DNA of 64,000 nt, from NCBI GenBank assembly GCA_965248925.1, contig CBDFLE010000005.1, positions 736,001 to 800,000 on the forward strand, read 5' to 3'. The notes under the pieces were generated by a model. It was given only the letters and a program-made list of their open reading frames with translations. It was not told the DNA's origin and did no database searches. The stretch is from Candidatus Multivoradales bacterium (GTDB lineage: Bacteria; Acidobacteriota; Thermoanaerobaculia; Multivoradales; J023). A program made the position numbers and the translations under genes. Each line of letters opens with the position of its first letter. Position 1 is the first letter of the stretch. This document shows positions 58,001-64,000 of the stretch, piece by piece.

Positions 58001-59632
58001 CGCCGGGCTCACCCCGACATTGCCGAGCAAGAAATAGCCATTGACATCGGTGGTGAACCCGTCGAGGTCGAAAGCGTTGTAAACCGTATCGCTGGAACCG
58101 TTGTAGAGCACCACCACCAGGCCGTCGAGAACGGTGCCGCCGCTGCCGCCGTCGAACAACTCGATGAACTCGAGCACGTCGGTGCCGGCGGTGTCGGCGT
58201 CAGCTTCGTTGATCAGCACGTCGCCGACCATCGGTACCGGGCAGTTGTTGTCTGCCGCCGGGCTGGGGGTGTCCTGGAGGTAGCCGGAAGTGTTGAGGCC
58301 ACCGCCGGCGCCGTTCGGGCAGCGCTGATTGGAGTGGCCGTCCTTGTCGCCTGCGCCACCCTCGTTGACCTGTGGCTCGCCGGCATTGAGCAGCGCCAGC
58401 AGGCCCGCGTCATCGCCATCGTTGGTGTCATAGACCAGCGCGTCCAGCAGGTTGGCGGTAGCTAGCGCCGTACCGTTAGGGAAGTCGGCCGCGTCGCCAA
58501 CATAGAGGGCGATCGCGTCGGCACCATTCTGTAGGCCGTTAGAGGGGAAGATGATGGCGGGAGTCGGCGAGACCGCAGCGTTGCCGAGCAGGAAGTAGCC
58601 ACTGGCATCGGTAGTGAAGCCATCGAGATCGAACGCATTGTAGACCGTGTCGCTGGAGCCGTTGTAAAGCACCACCACGAGACCGTCGAGGGCGGTGGTA
58701 CCACTGCCACCGTCGAACAACTCTATAAACTCGAGCACGTCGGTGCTGGCGGTGTCGGCGTCAGCCTCATTGATCAGGATTGGCGGTACGGCCGGCGCCA
58801 GCGCTTCACAGACACCGGGGTTAGGAGCGGTGAAAGCGCTGTCCCAGGTGTTCTGGATTTGCTCCGAAGTCTCGTCGTCGCCGGTAGCACCATTGGCACC
58901 GCTGGTCTCGTTGCCGGCTTCCAGGGTCAGCCGCTTGGTGGAGGTACCAAAGCCCGGATCGGCACTCTGCTGCGGCATGGTGAAGGCATCGGTGCCATAG
59001 GCGGTGGCGCTAGTGTCGGCATCGGGTCCATCGACCGCCACACTCGTCTTGTCGCCGATATCGTTAGCGGCCGATGGCGTGCCGATATTCAGCATGTCGA
59101 CGTCCTGCACCAGATCGCTGGCCCCATCCCAAGTGAACAGCACCGCGTTCTCGCCACTGTTGGTCAGTCCGGCACTGGCACCAAGGTCGGTGGGGATCAT
59201 GTCCGGCGTGCCCGCGTCGGTACCCGAGATTTCGAAATCGGCAGCAGTGCCGAAGGCGGCCAGGAAACCAGCACCGTCGAAAGCGATCACCGCCACCTGT
59301 CCCGGCGCCAGGCTAGAACCGGCGGGGAAGCGGACGATGAAGTCCGAGCTACCGATCGACGGCGTCGGCCCGGTACCACTAGCAGCCGGCAAAAGGGCAT
59401 AGCTAGCGTCGTCAGCAAGGTAGAAATCATCCAACCCCACCGCCGCCGCGGTCGGATTGACGATTTCCAAGAACTCACTGGCGGTCGGCGTCACCACTGC
59501 CTCACAGAGCAGCAAATGGTCGTCAGTAGCCCCGGCTGGCACCACCAGCATCCCGGTAGCCCACAGAATTAGCGCGGCTGTCCGCAGGAGCAGCCACCGC
59601 CTTGGGGAGGTAGATTGGAAGGATCGGAACAT
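55088..59632 (-). CDS. Large secreted ExeM/NucH-like endonuclease: lamin-tail-like domain, three tandem repeats, OB fold, EEP nuclease, TSP3-like repeat and Cys-containing C-terminal domain
   Basis: Signal peptide; IFELQG..GFFIQ..SDGIFV..GDMVDITGVVQEF (OB fold); SLNLFRLF, VEEVEN, TGDYN, LDHAL, SDHDG (EEP); DGDGIGDDLDNCPAVPNPDQAD. Confidence 0.85.
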   Translation of the reverse strand: MFRSFQSTSPRRWLLLRTAALILWATGMLVVPAGATDDHLLLCEAVVTPTASEFLEIVNPTAAAVGLDDFYLADDASYALLPAASGTGPTPSIGSSDFIVRFPAGSSLAPGQVAVIAFDGAGFLAAFGTAADFEISGTDAGTPDMIPTDLGASAGLTNSGENAVLFTWDGASDLVQDVDMLNIGTPSAANDIGDKTSVAVDGPDADTSATAYGTDAFTMPQQSADPGFGTSTKRLTLEAGNETSGANGATGDDETSEQIQNTWDSAFTAPNPGVCEALAPAVPPILINEADADTASTDVLEFIELFDGGSGTTALDGLVVVLYNGSSDTVYNAFDLDGFTTDASGYFLLGNAAVSPTPAIIFPSNGLQNGADAIALYVGDAADFPNGTALATANLLDALVYDTNDGDDAGLLALLNAGEPQVNEGGAGDKDGHSNQRCPNGAGGGLNTSGYLQDTPSPAADNNCPVPMVGDVLINEADADTAGTDVLEFIELFDGGSGGTVLDGLVVVLYNGSSDTVYNAFDLDGFTTDVNGYFLLGNVGVSPAPDIVFGSNGLQNGADAVAIYAADAADFANGTAVTTANLIDALVYDTNDGDDAGLLVLLNAGQPQVNEGGAGDKDAHSNQRCPNGVGGGRNTAGYLQNPPTPAADNFCPLPDLWINEADADTAGTDTLEFIELFDGGSGSTALDGLVVVLYNGSSDTVYNAFDLDGLTTDANGYLLLGNAGLVPAPDVVFSSNGLQNGADAIAIYAGDAADFPNGTAVSIADLVDALVYDTDDGDDAGLLVLLNPGEPQVNEAGGGNKDGHSNQRCPNGAGGAFNTAGYQQAAPTPAAENTCALVVLEIFELQGNGLTSPFDGSEVATEANVVTVLAPDGFFIQTPTVRSDGDSDTSDGIFVFTTTPPTVAVGDMVDITGVVQEFFGFTELTAPLTVMVTATGGAIPAAVTLDANTPSPLQPVSPIELERLEGMLVEIVGGTVVGSNQSFGSDPIAEVHIVAGPNRSFREPGIEFPGIVGLPVWDGNPEVFELDPDRLGLPNQIIAAGSSFDAVGVIGFEFGGYELFPASLSITPATLPVAVRATAAGEFTVGSLNLFRLFNDIVDPMDHGGTLVSTAEFQTRLTKFSLYIREVLLAPDILAVEEVENIATLSELATRIFADDAAVLYTAFLTEGNDQGGIDVGFLVREDVIQVDAITQLAAAELLTFDGSLLHDRPPLLFEGSYLGSTLPTPISVLVVHNRSLNGIDADPGSGPRVRQKRLEQAQSIAQIVQDLQTTDPDVNLVVTGDYNAFEFTDGFVDVVGQMAGNFTPADNLLSAADLVDPNLLIETLALPAAERYSFNFRGSSQTLDHALTSSHLDALVRGLEYGRGNADAARILLDDPTTPLRASDHDGLVLFLAGDGDGDGIGDDLDNCPAVPNPDQADADGDGLADACDDRCPGTEIPEAVPTRTLKKNHWALVDGDGVFDTPPGPHDDLIFTLGDTGGCSCEQILTATGAGNGQFFFGCTQGTLEGWISSLD
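57125..58780 (-). repeat. Three highly similar ~181-aa domain repeats
   Basis: INEADADTA.TD.LEFIELFDGGSG...HSNQRCPNG...TP.PAA.N.C at about 58238-58780, 57677-58219 and 57125-57667. Confidence 0.92.
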
Positions 59633-60294
59633 GGACTTTCTCCTAGGTACAGAAATTTTCTGTCTGCAATACAAACATACCCAAAAACAGAGAAATAGCT
59701 CAGGAGTGCCAAAGACCCGCGGGTCAAGTCGGCAACAGAGCCTAGAGGGGATCGACTAAGTGAATCGCCCTGAAGTATAGCGCGCGGCCAGAATCCGCGG
59801 CTGGGGAGGTGCCAGGGACTGAAGGGTAGCGGTAGGTGTTTAGGACAGCTCAACGCTCTCAGCGCTAGCAAGCCGCCCGTCGCTAGACCTTCCTACTCGG
59901 CAATTCTGCTCGCCGCAGCAACGTAGTTCCGGGACGCTGCTAGCCTGCCGACCTGCCCAAATTCAGTCGCAGAGAGCAATGAAGCCCCCCGGCTGATTGG
60001 GTGGAGAGAGCTTGGTCTGATGTCTATTGCTGACAGGCAGAACAACTTGGAACTTGGTGGAATCACTCCAGGCGGGCTTGGCGTGGTAATTGATCCGTCC
60101 GGATAGGAGCGTGTTGGCGACGGTCGCGCGCCTGGCCGACCGTCACACTACTCTTTATCCCAAGAGGCTCGCGCCCCTATTCCGCGACTGCGGGCAATGC
60201 ACCGTCTAGACCCGGACCGGGCGAGAAGCGCCACCGCCAGCAGGTCGGGCTCTTGCAGTTGCAGAGCAACAGCCGGTCGCCATCTCGTCGCGGC

Positions 60295-60837
60295 TCAGAG
60301 CAGCCGAATCTTCAAGAACTGATCCAGCAGAATCAGGATCGAAGAAAACAACATCACCGTGAGGGTGGTGCCTACCTGGAACCGAGTCCTGAAGGCCGCG
60401 CTCCGGGAAGCCTGAATCACCATAGCTAGGAGAGCGAGCGAGACCAGAACCGGCAGGGTGTAGGTCCCCAAGCCTAGAGCCTGGCTCACCCTGCCTTCGT
60501 CGTTGAGGTTGATCAAGTTCATTGCCCCGGCCAACAGCCGCATGTAGAACGGGACGAAAACAAAAGGGTAGAGTTCCGCCGACGACGCCCTCCGAAGGAG
60601 CACAAATACGACTCCGGCCTGCACCAGAGTGATGATGGGTCCCGCGGCGCTGACCACCAAGCTGTGCCAGGCAGCATGGTACTCACCCTGCACCAACCCA
60701 GCGGAGTTGAGGGTCATGCGCATCTGGTAACCGAGCAGCGTGCCGGCGGCCCAGTGGGCCAACTCGTGAATCAGCCAGGTAGAGGCGACCGCGGTGGCCA
60801 CCCACAGGAGGTACAAGAGGCGGTTCTTGGAACTCAT
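60295..60837 (-). CDS. Small membrane protein with HExxH motif (M50-like metallopeptidase)
   Basis: WLIHELAHWAAG in a TM helix, VSAAGP, NDE; about 5 TM helices; start MSSKN. Confidence 0.65.
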   Translation of the reverse strand: MSSKNRLLYLLWVATAVASTWLIHELAHWAAGTLLGYQMRMTLNSAGLVQGEYHAAWHSLVVSAAGPIITLVQAGVVFVLLRRASSAELYPFVFVPFYMRLLAGAMNLINLNDEGRVSQALGLGTYTLPVLVSLALLAMVIQASRSAAFRTRFQVGTTLTVMLFSSILILLDQFLKIRLL

Positions 60838-61044
60838 GGAGGATTCCCTCGGAACGGTGGTGCGGAGTGAACATCGGGTCGTGTCCGTCGCCCTACGAGG
60901 CTCCAGCTCATGCGGTTTCGGTCTTTCCCCTCTTTTTACTCCTCTTCGATCTGCCCTGGAGGAGGCAGCGCTCGACAAGGACGCCGAGCTAGAGCTACTA
61001 GTCGAGCAGCTCGCCAGCGATCTGGGAGCCATGCCCGAGCGGGG

Positions 61045-61057
61045 TAACCTGTTGATT
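61045..61057 (-). promoter_or_regulatory. IHF consensus site just 3' of tRNA-Leu
   Basis: Minus strand AATCAACAGGTTA is an exact match to WATCAANNNNTTR. Confidence 0.5.
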
Positions 61058-61063
61058 TGATGA

Positions 61064-61149
61064 TGGTGCCGGAGGAGGGAGTCGAACCCACACACCCGTA
61101 AGGATAACGGATTTTGAATCCGTCGCGTCTACCGTTCCGCCACTCCGGC
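61064..61149 (-). tRNA. tRNA-Leu(CAA)
   Basis: GCCGGAG acceptor stem, anticodon arm ACGGA-TTCAAAA-TCCGT, long variable arm, GGTTCGACTCC T arm, encoded CCA. Confidence 0.97.
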
Positions 61150-61198
61150 AAGGGGCAATCTCGACACGCTCAACAGGCGTTGAACGCATGATCGGGTG

Positions 61199-61227
61199 AT
61201 GGTAGGGCGCGGTGATCTCGGTGTCAA
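61199..61227 (-). promoter_or_regulatory. Sigma70-type promoter for the tRNA
   Basis: TTGACA-N17-TACCAT. Confidence 0.7.
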
Positions 61228-61269
61228 CCGGTAGAGGGGCAAAAAGCTCGCCGAATCGCCTCTCCGCTC

Positions 61270-61298
61270 TTGACCCTAAGCCCATTCTGGTGTATGGT
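61270..61298 (+). promoter_or_regulatory. Sigma70-type promoter for carD
   Basis: TTGACC-N17-TATGGT. Confidence 0.55.
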
Positions 61299-61514
61299 TT
61301 AGGGGTTGACAGGTGATTTTTCAATGCATCTTCGACGCGGCGAAAAAAAGCCCTGCTGCAGTGCTTCCCGATTTTGAAATTCCTAGCTGCAAATCAGTAC
61401 CATGATCGGCCCTCTGCCGGCCGGGCGGTCCTCTGCCCACGCCGGCTCAATGCAGGCGCTGGCTGGTAAGTGGCGAGTTAAAAAGCTAAACCCCGTGCAA
61501 GGAAAGGGGCTCCG

Positions 61515-62171
61515 ATGGCATCGTTCGAGGTAGGACAAAAGGTGGTTTACCCCAATCACGGCGTCAGCATGATCGAGGATATCTCGGCAATGACGTTCGA
61601 CGAGACCGAACAGACGTTCTTCCACTTGCGTCTGCTGTCCAATAATTCAAAGGTCATGGTGCCGGAAGAGAATCTCGATTTAGTAGGTCTGCGCCCTCTC
61701 TGCACCCAGAAGGAGATCCGCACTCTGCTCGGAATTCTCGAGAACGGCAAGATCGACACCTACAAAGATTGGAAGGGTCGCTACAAGCAGAATCTCGACA
61801 AGATGAAGACCGGCCTGCTGACTGAAGTGGCAGAGGTGCTCAAGAACCTCTGTTTGGTGAGTCAGAAGAAGAGCCTCTCCTTCCGCGAGAAGAAGATGTA
61901 CGAGCGAGCCAAGTACTTCATCGTCAGCGAAGTGGCCCATGTCAAGGACGTCGACGAGGAAGCCGCTGACAAGATCGTCGAAGAGCAGCTCGAGAACAGC
62001 TTGGCGAAGCTGGCTGCAGCCAAGCAGCTGGCCCTGGAGCAGGAAGAGAAGGCCGGTGCTGCTGAAGCAGGGGATGAGCTTGCTGCGGACACGGAGAACG
62101 AGCTGGAGAGTGGGAAGGCCCTCGCTGGCACTGACAACTCCACCGAAGTATCCAAGGCGGTCGCCAGCTGA
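61515..62171 (+). CDS. carD: CarD/CdnL family transcription factor with acidic tail
   Basis: FEVGQKVVYPNHGV, VMVP..VGLRPL, WKGRY, LSFREKKMYERA. Confidence 0.9.
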   Translation: MASFEVGQKVVYPNHGVSMIEDISAMTFDETEQTFFHLRLLSNNSKVMVPEENLDLVGLRPLCTQKEIRTLLGILENGKIDTYKDWKGRYKQNLDKMKTGLLTEVAEVLKNLCLVSQKKSLSFREKKMYERAKYFIVSEVAHVKDVDEEAADKIVEEQLENSLAKLAAAKQLALEQEEKAGAAEAGDELAADTENELESGKALAGTDNSTEVSKAVAS

Positions 62172-62198
62172 CCATACCGTGCTCTACCGGGCTCCACT

Positions 62199-62246
62199 AG
62201 CTATGGAAAAGCCGCTCCTCGATGGCGAGCGGCTTTTTCCATAGCT
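62199..62246 (+). terminator. Intrinsic terminator after carD
   Basis: agctatggaaaagccgctc...gagcggctttttccatagct inverted repeat with T-run. Confidence 0.85.
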
Positions 62247-62325
62247 GCTAGTATCGCGCTCCACCCTGCTCGCTCGCTCGCCGATCCCTTCGCGGTGGAG
62301 CCAGCAGCCAGCCCAGGAGCTTTGC

Positions 62326-62916
62326 TTGAATAGAGACAACATCCTCTTCACCGTCGGCGGATTGCTGGTTGGCTTTATTGTTGGCTATATCGGCCATGAA
62401 CTCATGCAAGAACGTCAGCCGGCACGCCTGATAGCAGGAAGCGCTGCCGCCACGGCAGCTCCGGCTACGGCAGGCAACCCGCCGGCCGCCAGCCCGGCAG
62501 CGGCGATGGAACGGGTTCAGCGTCTGCGAGCGCATGTCGAGGCCAATCCCGACGACCACGAGTCGGTCTTGTTGTTGGCCAACATGAACTACGAGATTCG
62601 CAATTGGAGTCGCGCCGCTGAACTCTTCAAGCATTACAACACCCTCGCACCTGGCGATCCGGAGGCCATGACCGACCTCGGCCTGTGCTTGCGGGCGCTC
62701 GGCGACAGCCAAGGCGCGTTGGAGTTGTTCAATCGGGTCGAGACGCTTGCCCCGGACTACTGGCAGGCCTACTTCAACGAGATCATCGTGCTGGCTTTCG
62801 ATCTCGGCGATCTCGAAAGGGCAGTTGTAGAACTCGCGGTGCTGCAGCAGCTGGTCCCAGAAAATTCCGACGTGCAACGACTTGCCGCTGAAGTGGAGCA
62901 GCGGCAACAAGGCTGA
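62326..62916 (+). CDS. Membrane-anchored TPR protein
   Basis: N-terminal TM GLLVGFIVGYIG, Pro/Ala linker, TPRs (NPDD..LANMNY, DPEAMTDLGLCL). Confidence 0.8.
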   Translation: MNRDNILFTVGGLLVGFIVGYIGHELMQERQPARLIAGSAAATAAPATAGNPPAASPAAAMERVQRLRAHVEANPDDHESVLLLANMNYEIRNWSRAAELFKHYNTLAPGDPEAMTDLGLCLRALGDSQGALELFNRVETLAPDYWQAYFNEIIVLAFDLGDLERAVVELAVLQQLVPENSDVQRLAAEVEQRQQG

Positions 62917-62920
62917 GCCC

Positions 62921-63193
62921 TTGCGAATCTTCCTCCTACTGGCCATCGCTGTCAGCATCGTCTACGTCTTGGATCGCCAGAGCCGCCGCTGGTTGCAAGG
63001 CATCGGCAAGGCGATGGCCGAGCCGATGGGCCGATCTACCAAGTCGGCTGGCCACCAGCCAGCGTCACCTGTGGGTCGGCTGGTGGTTTGCGCGGGCTGT
63101 GGCGTCCGTGTCGCCGAGAGCCTCGGCGAGCGCACTGCTAGCGGCTCGTTTTACTGCTCCGAGAGCTGCCGGCCAGCTGCGGATGGCCGCTGA
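62921..63193 (+). CDS. Small membrane-anchored zinc-binding protein (PP0621-like)
   Basis: TM segment then LVVCAGCGVRV...FYCSESC. Confidence 0.7.
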   Translation: MRIFLLLAIAVSIVYVLDRQSRRWLQGIGKAMAEPMGRSTKSAGHQPASPVGRLVVCAGCGVRVAESLGERTASGSFYCSESCRPAADGR

Positions 63194-63263
63194 AGAAGCC
63201 ACCAGCGGCTTGCTGTTTGGCGACTTGGCGGTGTCTCGGGATGATGAGCGACCGCTTGAGGAG

Positions 63264-64000
63264 ATGGCGCAAGTTGCTGAAGTCGCGGTTCCGGCCCCCA
63301 TTCACCAGACCCTGTCCTATGGCCTGCCGGCCTCCCTCAGCTCGCTTGCGGCAGTCGGTTGCCGGGTGCGGGTATCCCTTGGCAAGCGACGGGTAGTTGG
63401 GGTCATCTTGCGGCTTCATCAAGAGCCGCCGAGTGGTATGCGGCTCAAACCGATCGAAGAGATTCTCGATCTCGAGCCGGTACTAACCACCGAGCTACTG
63501 CAACTGGCGAAGTTCATTGCCGACTACTACCTGGCGCCGATCGGCGACGCCATCCGCGTGCTCTTGCCCAGCCGCTTGCCGCCGTGGGGAGACCGGCGTA
63601 TTTCGTTGACCGATGCCGGTGCTCTGGCACTACCTCGGAGCAGCGGTGAGGAACAGCTCAAGCAGGCTCTGCTCAGCCGTCGCCGAGTGCGGGTGGCGGA
63701 GCTACAACGAGATTTGAAAATTAGCGATTTGGGCCGGCTGGTGGAAGAGCTGCGGGCTGCAGGTAAGCTGTCGATTGACGAGCCCGGACGCAGTGGCGTT
63801 CGCTACATCAAGGCGGTCGAGCTGCGGCCCGGTGATCTCGACCAACAGCTCGCTCTGTGTGGCCGCTCGGCCAAAGGCCGTGCTGTGGTGGATTACTTGC
63901 ACGCACTGTCCCGGCCGGTGACCGTGCGCGATCTCCAGTCGGCGGTGGGTTGCGGTGCCGGGGTCGTGCGACGACTTGAGCAGCTCGGCCTGCTACGCCA
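63264..64000 (+). CDS. priA: Primosomal protein N' (3'-truncated by the window edge)
   Basis: Read by hand: MAQVAEVAVPAPIHQTLSY..GCRVRVSLGKRRVVGVI..LKPIEEILD..LAKFIADYYLAPIG; RBS GAGGAG. Confidence 0.9.
   Translation, partial: MAQVAEVAVPAPIHQTLSYGLPASLSSLAAVGCRVRVSLGKRRVVGVILRLHQEPPSGMRLKPIEEILDLEPVLTTELLQLAKFIADYYLAPIGDAIRVLLPSRLPPWGDRRISLTDAGALALPRSSGEEQLKQALLSRRRVRVAELQRDLKISDLGRLVEELRAAGKLSIDEPGRSGVRYIKAVELRPGDLDQQLALCGRSAKGRAVVDYLHALSRPVTVRDLQSAVGCGAGVVRRLEQLGLLR

Noticed and set aside
60111-60147. Hairpin gacggtcg...cgaccgtc as a structured ncRNA
   Set aside because: A single stem with no family motif I recognise; more simply a terminator-like hairpin.
60838-61095. N-terminal extension of the 266-aa ORF
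   Set aside because: It runs into the tRNA gene and is low-complexity; start reassigned to 60837.

Overview
High-GC bacterial chromosomal window with about 45 genes and one tRNA. The gene content (HU/IHF type, CarD, TPR/CHAT proteins, PQQ-like propellers) looks like Acidobacteriota, possibly Thermoanaerobaculia; this taxonomy is my inference. Housekeeping genes: aceE-aceF-lpdA, mutS, ssb, dtd, HU, dnaB-radA, purC, two oligopeptide ABC ATPases, a TolC-family protein, tRNA-Leu(CAA), carD and a partial priA. Accessory content: a lower-GC three-gene cassette (membrane-anchored TPR-CHAT protease, unknown protein, secreted S8 subtilase), a subtilase-gluzincin double protease with no visible signal peptide, a glycosyltransferase cluster, an orphan class III nucleotide-cyclase-like protein, a frameshifted MshEN gene and a 1.5-kaa repeat-rich secreted nuclease. 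The best finding is missed by the ORF track: the beta-propeller gene at 27569-28651 (-) reads through an in-frame TGA at codon 27. That TGA is followed, at near-canonical spacing, by a hairpin with a GGUC loop resembling the E. coli fdhF SECIS, making it a candidate selenoprotein of an unusual family. I found no CRISPR array, integrase or transposase.
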